Assembly: GCA_965649765.1 (NCBI GenBank)
Contig: OZ287751.1
Span: 7,378,001 to 7,442,000 of the forward strand
Direction: 5' to 3'
Length of the DNA: 64,000 bases
Source of the DNA: Bispira polyomma
Taxonomy: Eukaryota
The first letter of the stretch is position 1; each line of letters opens with the position of its first letter. Of the stretch, positions 1-12,944 are shown piece by piece. Below the pieces are notes generated by a model. It was not told the origin of the DNA and made no database searches. It saw nothing but the letters and a program-made list of their open reading frames with translations. A program made the translations under genes and the position numbers.

Positions 1-64
1 CGCATTTGAAACATGTAGCTAATTTAGCCTCAGTGTGGATCAAAATCAAATACAGGGTCATTAC

Positions 65-77
65 CTGATTTGTGCAT
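65..77 (-). CDS. Possible 13-nt microexon of the nested gene (D-AQI-R/S)
   Basis: - strand: taatctag|ATGCACAAATCAG|gtaatg; good donor, weak pyrimidine tract. Open frame after the 8-nt exon; abuts the 33-bp tandem array. Confidence 0.35.
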
Positions 78-346
78 CTAGATTAACTATGTCTTAGATC
101 TCCCTCAATACTAGATTGACTATGTCTTAGATTTGCCATAATACTAAATTGACTATGTCTTAGATTTCCTCAATACTAGATTGACTATGTCTTAGATTTC
201 CCTCAATACTAGATTGACTATGTCTTAGATTTCACTCAATACTAGATTGACTATGTCTAAGATTGCCATAGTACTAGATTGACTATGACTTAGATTTCCC
301 TCAATACTAGATTGACTATGTCTTGGATTTCCCTCAATACTAGATT
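78..346. repeat. Minisatellite, ~32-33-bp unit, ~8 copies
   Basis: Repeated tagattgactatgtcttagatttccctcaatac. Confidence 0.95.
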
Positions 347-750
347 ATACTATACTCTCCCAAATCTCTACAACCACACTCCCAAATGTATCTTTTCCTC
401 TTATTTTATACAGAAGTATGTCCCCTATTTTATGACCCTTCTATTATATGAACAAAATCTTGTTCTCCCAACATGTTCTGATAAGAGAGTTTTTACTGTA
501 AATATAACCTATATTTCAAATATTCACTTTTATGTGCACATTGCTGTATTTGTCTGTTTGTTCAATATTATTGTGTTTCAATTATTTATGAATGTTCTTT
601 TATCCAAATGAAATACTGGGATAATAGATGTCCTTTGTGCAGTAATAAAAAATGTAGAAAATAACCCAATAGTTTTTATTGTTTAGTTTCACACAATATT
701 TCATCCCTATTTATACATTCTCAAACATTTCTTTGACATGATACTGTTAC

Positions 751-758
751 CTTTCCAT
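751..758 (-). CDS. 8-nt microexon of the nested gene (R-WK-D)
   Basis: - strand: aagTGCttttacag|ATGGAAAG|gtaaca, separated from the 32-nt exon by an 84-nt intron; keeps the frame open. Confidence 0.5.
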
Positions 759-842
759 CTGTAAAAGCACTTTTGATTGTTTTTGTAACACTATCAACAT
801 AGCAAATATTACTTATGATATTATTAAGGTTGATAATATTAC

Positions 843-874
843 CTGAAACGGTGGAGTGACACAATATTTTTATC
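843..874 (-). CDS. 32-nt exon of the nested gene (DKNIVSLHRF-R)
   Basis: - strand: ctcac..ctctctgttctcctgccag|GATAAAAATATTGTGTCACTCCACCGTTTCAG|gtaata; open in phase 0, matching the 6352 donor. Confidence 0.65.
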
Positions 875-2381
875 CTGGCAGGAGAACAGAGAGTGAGTAT
901 TCCAACTGATTAATTATGATTGAAAAATAATTTTCAGTTAAAAACAGAAATAATGTGATGCCAAATAGAGTAATGTTGTCGGAGTTGTATTTTAAAGAGC
1001 TGTGGCCTGTCCTTGTAACAGAAGTTAGTCTGGGCTCATATTGTTCATGTTAACTCATTTAACTGAAACTGAACTTAGAATGTAACTCAAGTCATCAAAT
1101 CTCTGTCTATAATACCAATATTTAATATATAATTACATATCTTTTGTTAATTGAATTATCACAATTTTTTGCATAAATCATTTCAAGTTTTGAGCAATTC
1201 AACATGAAGTTAGGTGTAAGTCTGAATATAAGCTTTTAAATTATTTGGAAAATATCAATTGTGGTTTCAACCACGTTCCATTTGCTTTAAAGTCAGATTT
1301 CAACCCAGTTTTCAACCCACTATCTCTCTCTATAGGTGTCACCTTTTACCAACTCTAATCTCTAACAGCCCTGAGGGAGGGTTTTCTAACACCCATGTCA
1401 CTATCGTTTTATGACAGTCCCTGGCTAACAGTTTGATCCATGCCTTTAACGCTATATGACATGGCAGTTTTCCCAACTCCCCCCTCCTTCCTCCTCCTCT
1501 GACTTTCAAACACAGAGGCTGGAGAAAATTCCTGGGCTTTGATAAATGTGTGCAATTACTTCAGTGTTGCTAGCCCTTGTCAGACAGAAGCTCCTAAACA
1601 CAGCATTGCTAGACCTGTCACACAAGGAATAAATGTCCCAGTTGATTTCAAGGTGACCTTGGACACCACCCCGAGTCCTTCAAATACTGAGAATCGTTTA
1701 GCCTCTGCCGCAAAATCTTTAATCCATTTTCCCGGGAGTTTTTTTTAAGGGTGTTGTAAGTCTCTATTAGCTTTAGAGTAGGGGATTTTTGGATAATAGA
1801 CTAAGTGTTATGGCTACAAATGTATACAGGATCCCTAAGTCATCCCTTTAATGATTCAGTAAACACAAGTATCGCTCATTTTCCTTTTTTTATGTAAGAA
1901 AATCTGACACATTAATAGTGATTGGTTAATTCAGCTCACAGTTTAAGGCACTAACATTTCATGCTCTTTATTTCCTACTTTTTAAGATTTATCGGCTCAA
2001 AAACTGAAGACTTACAGACCTATAAACTTTTGATTCCATGCTGAAGATATCTTAAAACTGCTTCTGTAATTTATGGTCACATAGCTATTTAGTATTCAAT
2101 TAAATTGTTGCATTTACAATGTACTTGTATGTATATTCACAGATAATTTCTAAGCCTTTGAACCCTTGTGTTTTAGTGTCTCAACGTCTGCTCAGTTAGA
2201 TTTTACTTGTTGATTTCTCAAATTGTTGAAGAATGCTTCTCTACGAGACGTTAAGTCCCAGTTGTGTCATGCTGGTTGTGTGTCCCTAAAACTGGAGCAA
2301 GTCATTAATTCACCCCAATTCCACTTGCTGTGTAAAGCCCCACTGGATGTCAGTGTGGGAGGTTATTCAAAATTTTTAATT

Positions 2382-2533
2382 ACAGTAGAACCTCTATTAT
2401 CCAAACATTTATTATCAGAAATATCCCATTTTATAAAGTCATTTATTTGATTTCATAATGCTAAACAATGCCACTTATTTTATGAATCATGAAGTCTTGC
2501 TTTTTGAAAACAATCAGATTGAGGTTCTACTGT
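2382..2533. mobile_element. Tc1/mariner (pogo/Tigger-like) MITE, representative of more than 15 copies
   Basis: ta-cagtagaacctctattatcc ... gaggttctactg-ta (TA TSD). Other copies or halves at ~400-499, 3291-3472, 4971-5147, 10020-10097, 16677-16845, 17198-18550, 22314, 30229-30400, 33100, 41520-41608, 46903-47046, 48238, 49930, 55250 and 56138. Confidence 0.85.
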
Positions 2534-4466
2534 AATGACTGTATTGTGTCTCAAGAGCCACATTTAGCTTAAGTTATTAAACGTAATGCCATGCGTAAAT
2601 TCAAATACGGTTATACCACATGGAAAGGTTTTCCTATTAGTGGAATTAATGTAGGCATGTTGTCACATTAGAACTTTTAGTGAGGAATTCAAATATTTTT
2701 TATTGCATACAAATACACATGTTCACATATTTTGAGAATATTTTGGGTTCAAGTTTGAGACTGTTGATAAATACTTGTCCTGGTCCCTTTTGATTGAATA
2801 AAAAATTAAAAAAAAATTTAAATAGACAATAGCTGTAAGGTATTGTAATAAAAATGCCTTTCCATATGTTTTCAAAGTCACTTTAAAGGCAAGCAGATTA
2901 GCTTTCCTACACCTGATTTTTGACTTGTGTAAAGTGTTTAATATACAAATAACTAAAGTTTTAACCCTAAATAAAATTCTTTTGATCTTCTTTTCTAGTG
3001 TGAAAGTGTTGGTATCCCTTTGTCAAATTTGTAGTTATGTGTCAGCAACTACTTTTTATGTACTGAGACCAAAATCTGTAAAAGGGGAAGATTGTAGTTA
3101 TTCAGCCCTACAACTAATTAGATCTGCAAACAACACGTAAATATTTCAACTGTATAAAATTGAATCAAATCAGCTATTAAAACCTTTAGATATAATACCT
3201 GTTTGACACCTTATGGACTAGAATGTAGTGTGAGCAATATGGAAACTTATAAACGTATAAATAAGACTAGACACAAAAAAAAGAATTTACCGTAGAACCT
3301 CTATTATCCAAACATGTTGGGAGAGAATGATTTGTTTACATAATAAAAGGTTCATAAAATAAAAGAAGCCTCTTAGTACAGTTTTAGAAAATATAGATCT
3401 TGGAGAGTGGAAATAAGTTCATAAAATCAAATATTTGGATAATACAAGCTAGAATAATAGAGGTTCTACTGTGCTTAAAATAAGAAGAAATATGCATTGA
3501 AAATACATCAGAAAGTTGGTTTAATTCTGTGACAAGATAGTTTTGTTCAATTAAAGAACCTTTGTGGATATTTAGTTACTCATTTGTTCTTTCATGTTAG
3601 AAAATCAAACAGAAATAGTACTCATTTTCTGATTGGTATTCTTTAACTCCATTAGAACTTCACAGAGTTATTGTTAGGTCTCCTTGCACATTTCTGCTGA
3701 GATAGTAATACACTTTTACTATCACACTGGCCTTGCCAAAAGCTTAAATTTCTTCAAAATAAACATCCATTTAATTCTCTATCAAGTATTCTTCATATTA
3801 ATGTGAAATCTTTGTAGCTTAAATATCGAAATACAAAAATCTTCCAGGTGCCCTTATTTTTAAAAGTGGCAAACCTAAACTTGAGTACCATATGTATGAA
3901 TTTCCTTATTAATGGGAGTAACCTAAGCAAGTTACCACTCATTTAAGATAGCCTTTTAATAAGTTAAAAACTCAATTTGTAGTCGGATTTTAAATATCTT
4001 TCTTTTGTATATCAAAAAACATCAGTACATATTTTGACATATTTGGAAGTTTAAGTTTAACACCTTGAATAAATACAAGCCCTAGTTAAATTTTTTGATA
4101 AATTTTTGAAAAATCTAATCTAATCTAGTCGTACTTTTATAGCGCTTAATCTTTGTACAACAAATTCTAAGGCGCAACAAACCCAAAACGTTAATCGAAA
4201 AAATGCAATATGTACTTAATTTGTTTCAAATGTAGCCAGGCTTTCTCCTTTTCTCATACATTTGTAGCCATCAAAGCATTTAGGCTAGTCATACACTCCG
4301 TATGTAAGCAGAACCTTCAGGAAAATGGCTAGAGGTGGAGCAGATTTAGAGAAAAACCCATTAGCTTTGCTGATAAACCGAGGTGATTGGAATACCTCTG
4401 GCTGTGATAATTCACACCGGATTTAGTTAAGTGTTCCTAACTTTTACATGCTGAAGTTTTTGAAAG

Positions 4467-4690
4467 GGGACTCTCGGTGGTGTAGTGGTAACATACGTGC
4501 TACTACCTCTGCCATCATGGGTTCGAACTTTAAACCTACAATGTATGTTGGGAAGTTGGGTAGTAGGCTTGCTGAAGTCTGGCGACTTGCACTGCAGAAA
4601 ACCCTGATCAACTGCTGTGTTCTGATTATCTTCACCAGTTTGTTGAGAGCAATGTAAACTGAAACTACTAAACCAGATACCAAAAGTTAA
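4467..4690 (+). mobile_element. tRNA-derived SINE (family also at 26130-26388(-), 56228-56460 and 62455-62690)
   Basis: A-box ggtggtgtagtggt and B-box gggttcgaac, followed by a conserved body gtgggaa(a)gttgg.ag...cttgc.ga...cttgatcaact shared among copies. Confidence 0.75.
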
Positions 4691-6351
4691 GGGATGTATA
4701 TAGAAATAGTCATGGTCAGTTTACTTTCGCAGGTGTGACCTTGCTGGCACGATTTGCTACTGCAACACCAGCCTCTTTCCCACTTGTTTTTGTCATTGAA
4801 AACCATTGACTTATTAGAAATGATTTGTTTACTGGTTTGGATTTTCTGAGCTGATGAGCTTAACTTTAATAAGGGTCACTTTCAAAAGTTTTACAGTTGG
4901 GGTGGACGGCTAAGGCAATGACCATATGTCCCCAGGCAGGAAATATTAAATTTGTCATAATAAATACAATACAGTAGACTCTATATAAGTAGAACCAGTG
5001 TAAGTCGAATTTAGGTAAAAGTGGAACCAGTTTTGAGGTTCCAATATCAGAAAATGCTGTATTTTTTGTAGGTGTAATTGGAAGTTAGCTATAACTAGAA
5101 CCAAATCCTGTAGAAAAAGCAGGTTCTAGTAATACAAAGTCCACTGTAGTAGTGTTTGAAATCGCTGGAGGTATTTGAGAGAAAGCAAATTATTATTCTT
5201 TAAACAATCTAGGGACCAGTATTAAAGTCCGCTACACATATGGATGTGTATGTTACCTATTTTAGATCTACGCAATTATGACATAATATCAGTCAGCTGC
5301 AGGGAAAAAGATATGAAAACAAAGTTATATTGTCACAGCTGTATTTCATGTTTGTTATAGGAAATGCACTTGTGCTAGCCAAGTAAAATGGAATGTTTAG
5401 TCTACCAGAGTTGATGTTCTTTGGCAAACAGAATGTTTCAAAGATTATTAGCTGTGTTTCATAGATATGGTCATTAAAAGATATTAAGATGTAGTCTAAT
5501 ATCATACAAACTAGCTATACACACAAAATTACAATTGTTGTTTTAACTAAGCATAAATACAGTGTTTTTCAATATACACCAAACAAGTAATGGTCATTTA
5601 GAGATTAGTAATTATAATACAGCTAAATATTTTAGAAATGTTCCCTGAGATTTAATTTAAATTTTCAATGTGATGAAACTAATTTTCTTATGTTTTCATA
5701 TAGTAAGTTTGATTATTAAAAAAATGCCTCAGACAAAAAAATTATTATCAATGTATGGTGTGATTAATGTTCAGTTGCATAAAAATAAGAAAGGTGAAGA
5801 AAATGGTACAACCTAATTTCAATTTTAAAGTTCTCAAATAAGAAAGTACCAATTACTGTTGAGTATTTATTTATATGTAAATTATACCCATGCATCCAAA
5901 AAATATAATAACCCATTCTCTCTGAAAAATTATATATTTTTTTCGTAACAGTGTTATATTATAAACAAATATTGTAGTTGTGTTCTATTCACATTGCAAC
6001 AAATGCGGATTTTCAAAGTTGTTGGCTCTTATAAATTAACAATGTCATTCACACTGCCCCAAATCAGAATATTGATATAGAAATGTGGTAGGGATCAAAA
6101 GTTGCAGGAATATTTTTTCTAATTTTCACAAAAATTTTTGAAAGAGATACTTAAAGCAAGTGGAAATAAAACATCATCTAAAACATAAGAAAAAGTGACA
6201 CATGTACGCATGATTTGGACGAATATTTAAGCCCTGTATACACTGCAAATGTCTACAATTTGGTTTCGTGTGTATTGCCAAATTCCTTGATAAGTCTGCA
6301 TTCGATGCAATGTGAATGGAACATAAAACAGCTTCAGGAGTTACCTCTTAC

Positions 6352-6477
6352 CTCAATCGACACCACAGTTAAGTCATTGTCTTTGAAAGGCCTGCGATTC
6401 CTCTTCGCCTGCACTTCCAGAATGACGATAATTAGAACCAACAGGGCAAATCCTATTTCTAGCTTTCCCCTAAGCAT
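6352..6477 (-). CDS. First coding part of a nested antisense gene encoding a predicted secreted or signal-anchored protein (MLRGKLEIGFALLVLIIVILEVQAKRNRRPFKDNDLTVVSIE); whole exon about 6603-6352
   Basis: On the - strand: acceptor acttttgcag| at 6604, start context tcaacATG, basic-hydrophobic-VQA signal-peptide pattern, and strong donor GAG|gtaaga in phase 0. Family not recognised. Confidence 0.72.
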
Positions 6478-7759
6478 GTTGACTATCAGTTAGCTTAAAT
6501 CCACAAAAAAAGAATCCCAAAAACTGATAGAATTTGCTCCAGCTGCTGCTACATTTATTTAATTAGCATCTTTCTGTTTTTTGGTTTTCTGTTCTCTCAA
6601 TTGCTGCAAAAGTATAGTTTTTAAAAATCAATAAAGAAGTTCTGTATAAGCAGATGCCTCCATTAGGAGTTAATTATTTTTAGCTAACCTAGCTTTAATC
6701 ATTTAGGATACTAGTAAACATTAAGTAACAGTACAAAGTTAACCTTGTATTGCTATTTAAAAACTGAAACGATAGCTAATAGTGACAAATATCAATTCCA
6801 GTGAACTTCTCAAAATGTGTTTAAAAGATACATAGTGACATTTTATTCAAGCTAAAAATGTCTACTTCACTTATTACAGTATTTTGTGTGTTCTTCCCAT
6901 AATTTATAGAATCTCTGTGTAATACTTTGATCTCTAATTGCTGTACCAAAAATATCACCAACAACACCATACACCCCTCTTCCCTTCCTCTCCTTATGTG
7001 AACTTTGATTGGATTCTTACAGAACAATGACTTCAGGCCTTTTCTGTGTATGTGTGGCTATTTCGCAGTTGCCCTTTCATTTCCTGGGTAATGCGCTCTC
7101 TCCTCAAAATAACACACAATGCACTCGCCCCAATCTGATAATATGCAACACATTTTACTCTTGACTTGCCCCTGTGTATACGTTTCCTATCTATTTTTCT
7201 CACTCACTGAACGAGCGTGTTTGTGTGTGTGTCAATATACCGGTATATGCGTCTATCCATCTCCTAATAAAGTAAATGTCATTCCTCCCAGATTGTCCAT
7301 TATTTTTAGCCCTGCACACAAAGAGTCCTGGAGTCCATGAACATATAGATTTACTGCTTTTAAAAATTATGTCAGCTCCAATAACACAAATTATAAATAC
7401 ATGTGACACTTAATACATTAAATGTGTTTACACTTTACAGAATCTGAAATCTGATCCATTCTCCGTTAAACATTTATACCTAATGTGGGATTTGAACACA
7501 TTCTCCTTGAAAAATTTATACCCAAAGTTGGTTGTGGGTTTTAGTAATTTGAACCACTTGGCAAATGTCCTCAGTTTTCTATATGTTGGACTTAATAACC
7601 CTTTTTTAAACGCCCTACTCTAGGTTTCAATTATCCATAGTAGTTTACAAAATGATGTGTCTCTGCTTTTCTCCCCTCCACTTTTCTGACTTTGGTGTTG
7701 TATATTGATGTAAGCACACAATTTGTTATTAAATATACAATGATTGTACATATCTACAC

Positions 7760-8350
7760 CAAGAACTGGTGGTAAGTGTGGTAAATGTCAGCAATGTGTC
7801 AGATCCCTGTCCCTTTTGTTATAAGGGAGCTATTCCTATTATGGTCAGAGCACCACACTGTGTGAACTACATACACAGTCCACTGTGTCTAATAATTCAA
7901 TTGGCTGGAGAACCCTCACTGAGAAGTCCCTGCTCTGTGCTACGATCTTTAATAAACCCACCCCGCCAGTAGAATAAAGGAGCTTCTTCAAGTCCACTCG
8001 ATCCTTATAAATACCAACAGTGAGTAGAGGAGGAGGGAGCAGCCTCAATTCCTCCACTCCTGGTCACTTGACTTTCAACTGCTCCAAATCTACAGACCAA
8101 GGGAGGAAGACAGAGAGAAATGCTTGCAGTAAACATAGCACAGAGTTCAGTCTCTCCCTCTCAGTAGATAAAGCTGTCGGAAATGACTGATTTGCCAGTA
8201 ACTGTGCATTAATTGTGTCGACCAATGGCATCACTCGACAGGAAACTTGTGATTAAAGGCAAGTTTTAAAGGGAGAGTGGTTTGGGTCGGGCTATATTTG
8301 GGAGACAGAAACAGAATTGGAATTGACACAGGCACGCAGGAAGTTTCTAC
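7760..8350. promoter_or_regulatory. Promoter/enhancer-like unique island
   Basis: Repeat-free and less AT-rich; attgg (~7900), GC-box cccaccccgcc (~7957), tataaata (~8006), ccaat (~8222), and ETS-like caggaa sites. Motif-level evidence only. Confidence 0.3.
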
Positions 8351-10191
8351 TTTTTGTTCTTGCAGTAGTTTTGTTCTTTTGTTTGATGTAGTTGATATTA
8401 TAGTGAACCTCTGGGTTTATTTTGATTTACAAATCACTGGCCTGTTGGTCAGAGCTAGGGGAAGTAGATAACTTGTAACTTTGACAATTTGAGTTATGTA
8501 TATATATATACATGGAGGTTTGTTTCAATCAGCAGCTTGTTAACTTTATCCTGTCTGAATATAAGCTTCGGCATTGAAGAATTTAACTGTTTTTTGGTAC
8601 AGTTTTTTTGTAGGCATTCATTTGATATGGACTGGAGTGAGTTATTGGGGTGTTAAGAGGAGGACAAGTTATATATATATATATATTACATCCAAGATTA
8701 GAAATAAGCATAATATGTGATATATATATTGTTTTTCCAAGACCCAAGGACAGTTTTCTCCTTCATATTTTTTACATTTTTGTGGGAAATTACTTTTATA
8801 CTTTTCAGACTAAATATACTAACTCTGACTCCAGTACTTTTATACCATTTAATCAGTTAATACTTGTGTATAGACTAGACTCACTGTAACTAGAATTGCT
8901 ATAATGAAGTCAAATTTCTCTACAACTAAAACCAATTCTCTGGTGCAAACATTCAACAATACCAGTTTAAGATTTGGTGTAAGTAGATTCGACTTTACAC
9001 TGTATATATGATGGCCCAAATGATGGATAACACTGTAAAAAGTCTGGGAGCCAATGCACTTTGCCGGTACCAATTTTGTTTGTTCATAAACATTTTGCAA
9101 GAAAGAATATAGCTTACAAGTGAAATTTTTGAAGCAAATATTACATAAATAATATCAAATTAAGCATTGATAAATAGTTTATAATAGTTAGCCAAAAATA
9201 GTTTATAATAGTTTAGCAAAAGCCCCCAAACCCCTTGTTAAAATTTTAAAGTGGAGTTAGTGACATCATATTGGTACCGGCAAACTACATTGTACCCAAA
9301 GTCTGGTCTGTGTTTTTATTGTCACCCCGGAGAGACTGGAAATCAGACTACCTTTGAAAACAGTTGATATTATTGCCATTGTTTGTCTATAATTGTAATA
9401 AGTGCTCTGGGAGAAGGACATCATACTTGGAGACAAAAAAACACAAAATGAGGGGGGGCGGGGAGGTCATCAGCAGGGGACTAATAAACTAAGCTAGCTT
9501 TACATGTAAGGGTTGAATTACATGTTATAACCCTCTATTATGCAAGCAAGGAGGGGCAAAATTAACTCTTTTAATCACAAGAAGAGATCATAACATAAGT
9601 CCAGACAATTTAGAATGACACAAAATTAAAAGCTAATTTTGAGAAAAAAAAAATGAATCAAGTTCATAATTTCAAAATAGAAGTTTGGATAAAAGACGCT
9701 GTTGTTTTTTCTGTAAATTAGGAAGTATGTACAAATATTCCCAGCAGTTGCATTTTTAAAACTCTGCCGAATTCCCCCCCACTTATTTTTATAGGGAATT
9801 TTGTAGTCCTACTAAGACATTTCCTTTTCAAAAAATAACCCTTTTGAGAGAAAATGCTGCCCATTGAGTTTTAACTGTAATCTGTTCAACAAAGAGAGCA
9901 GAAATTTTGCCTTTTCTAAAAACATTGATTCTCTAATAAGTTGTATAGTTTTAACTGTATCGCTTAATGACAAGGAGTTTTTGTCTTCATTTGAGCTGGA
10001 CGAGATTATGCAGAACTGCCTCTTTTATTTCTGTGTACCTTCTATTATACGAACATCTTGCACACCAAACATGTTTGGATAGTAGAGGTTCTACTGTAGC
10101 TTGATTGGCTTCACTACCGTAGTCTGATATTAGTGTAATACTTTGTCATCAATGTCTTATTGTCATTAATGTCCTGTACTGTGTCTTCTCT

Positions 10192-12742
10192 TGTATTGTC
10201 CATGTATTGTAATGCAGTATTGTCCATGTATTGTAATGCAGTATTGTCCATGTATTGTAATGCAGTATTGTCCATGTATTGTAATGCAGTATTGTCCATG
10301 TATTGTGATGCAGTATTGTATCCTCTTGAGGCTCTTGTATTAGTATGTATTGTACATTGTATTGTAATGCAGTATTATCCATGTATTGTAATGCAGTATT
10401 ATCCATGTATTGTAATGCAGTATTGTCCATGTATTGTAATGCAGTATTGTCCATGTTTTGTGATGCAGTATTGTCCATGTATTGTGATGCAGTGTTGTCC
10501 ATGTATTGTGATGCAGTGTTGTCCATGTAGTGTAATGCAGTGTTGTCCATGTAGTGTAATGCAGTGTTGTCCATGTATTGTGATGCAGTATTGTCCATGT
10601 ATTGTAATGGATTGTCAATGTATTGTGATGCAGTATTGTCCATGTATTGTAATGCAGTATTGTCCATGTAGTATAATTCAGTATTGTCCATGTATTGTGA
10701 TGCAGTATTGTCCATGTATTGTGATGCAGTATTGTGTATGTAGTATAATGCAGTATTGTCCATGTATTGTGATGCAGTATTGTCCATGTATTGTAATGGA
10801 TTGTCAATGTATTGTGATGTAGTATTATCCATGTATTGTAATGCAGTATTGTCCATGTAGTATAATTCAGTATTGTCCATGTATTGTGATGCAGTATTGT
10901 CCATGTATTGTAATGCAGTATTGTCCATGTATTGTGATGCAGTATTGTCCATGTATTGTAATGCAGTATTATCCATGTATTGTAATGTAGTATTGTCCAT
11001 GTATTGTGATGCAGTATTGTCCATGTATTGTGATGCAGTATTGTCCATGTATTATAATGCAATATTGTCCATGTATTGTAATACAGTATTGTCCATATAG
11101 TATAATGCGGTATTGTCCATGTATTGTAATGCAGTATTGTCCATGTTTTGTGATGCAGTATTGTCCATGTATTGTGATGCAGTGTTGTCCATGTATTGTG
11201 ATGCAGTGTTGTCCATGTAGTGTAATGCAGTGTTGTCCATGTATTGTGATGCAGTATTGTCCATGTATTGTAATGGATTGTCAATGTATTGTGATGCAGT
11301 ATTGTCCATGTATTGTAATGCAGTATTGTCCATGTAGTATAATTCAGTATTGTCCATGTATTGTGATGCAGTATTGTCCATGTATTGTGATGCAGTATTG
11401 TGTATGTATTGTGATGCAGTATTGTCCATGTATTGTAATGGATTGTCAATGTATTGTGATGCAGTATTATCCATGTATTGTAATGCAGTATTGTCCATGT
11501 AGTATAATTCAGTAGTGTCCATGTATTGTGATGCAGTATTATCCATGTATTGTAATGCAGTATTGTGTATGTAGTATAATGCAGTATTGTCCATGTATTG
11601 TGATGCAGTATTGTCCATGTATTGTAATGCAGTATTATCCATGTATTGTAATGTAGTATTGTCCATGTATTGTGATGTAGTATTGTCCATGTATTATAAT
11701 GCAATATTGTCCATGTATTGTAATACAGTATTGTCCATATAGTATAATGCAGTATTGTCCATGTATTGTAATGCAGTATTGTCCATGTATTGTGATGCAG
11801 TATTGTCCATGTATTGTGATGCAGTATTGTCCATATATTGTGATGCAGTATTGTCCATGTATTGTAATGCAGTATTGTCCATGTGGTATAATGCAGTATT
11901 GTCCATGTGGTATAATGCAGTATTGTCCATATAGTATAATGCAGTATTGTCCATGTATTGTGATGCAGTATTGTCCATGTATTGTAATGCAGTATTGTCC
12001 ATGTATTGTGATGCAGTATTGTCCATATAGTATAATGCAGTATTGTCCATGTATTGTAATGCAGTATTGTCCATGTAGTATAATGCAGTGTTGTCCATGT
12101 ATTGTAATGCAGTATTGTCCATGTATTGTGATGCAGTATTGTCCATGTATTGTAATGCAGTATTATCCATGTATTGTAATACAGTATTGTCCATGTATTG
12201 TGATGCAGTATTGTCCATGTATTGTAATGCAGTGTTGTCCATGTATTGTGATGCAGTATTGTCCATGTAGTATAATGCAGTATTGTCCATGTATTATAAT
12301 GCAGTATTGTACATGTATTGTGATGCAGTATTGTCCATGTATTATAATGCAGTATTGTCCATGTAGTATAATGCAGTATTGTCCATGTATTATAATGCAG
12401 TATTGTACATGTATTGTGATGCAGTATTGTCCATGTATTGTAATGCAGTATTGTCCATGTAGTATAATGCAGTATTGTCCATGTATTATGATGCAGTGTT
12501 GTCCATGTATTGTAATGCTTTATTGTCCATGTAGTATAATGCAGTATTGTCTATGTATTGTAATGCAGTATTGTCCATGTAGTATAATGCAGTATTGTCC
12601 ATGTATTGTAATGCAGTATTGTACATGTATTGTAATGCAGTATTGTCCATATAGTATAATGCAGTATTGTCCATGTATTGTAATGCAGTATTGTCCATGT
12701 ATTGTGATGCAGTATTGTCCATGTATTGTGATACAGTAATTG
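10192..12742. repeat. 24-bp tandem satellite, ~105 copies, with variant units and higher-order duplication
   Basis: Consensus gtattgtccatgtattgtaatgca; explains all the MDNTALQY/CIVMQYCP ORFs. Confidence 0.98.
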
Positions 12743-12745
12743 TAC

Positions 12746-12944
12746 CTTATATCTACACTATAGTCTGTAGACATTCTTCAGACGGGTGGACTCATAGCAC
12801 TTGTACTGACTTGCCCTCTATTATTTCATTTTGGCAGCAACCAGGACATGACACGTTCATCCTTTTACAACTGTCTTCAGTTCGTTTTATAACAGCATAC
12901 ACTTTCAGCATCTCAGATAAACTGGCCAAACCCATCTGTGAAGA
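12746..12944 (-). other. Leader exon of the nested gene carrying most of the 59-aa ORF (SSQMGLASLSEMLKVYAVIKRTEDSCKRMNVSCPGCCQNEIIEGKSVQVL*, stop 12794-12792) and the start of a short uORF (ATG 12774)
   Basis: - strand acceptor ttattctttatag| (alternative cacag| at 12936, in frame) and donor AAG|gtacaa. Unique, less AT-rich sequence; the 24-bp satellite starts exactly at the donor. Confidence 0.55.

Noticed and set aside
3199-3217. Possible 19-nt - strand microexon (ttctag|...cag|gtatta)
   Set aside because: Weak signals, and inclusion would put an immediate stop in the next exon.
4467-4540. tRNA-like sequences (also ~26300-26388, 41467-41495, 46480-46555, 63540-63612)
   Set aside because: A/B boxes run into shared SINE bodies or are truncated, and no complete cloverleaf is evident; these are SINE heads, not tRNA genes.
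10114-12774. Long ORFs (up to 454 aa; MDNTALQY / CIVMQYCP repeats)
   Set aside because: By-products of a 24-bp satellite that is open in several frames on both strands, with scattered stops and no gene context.
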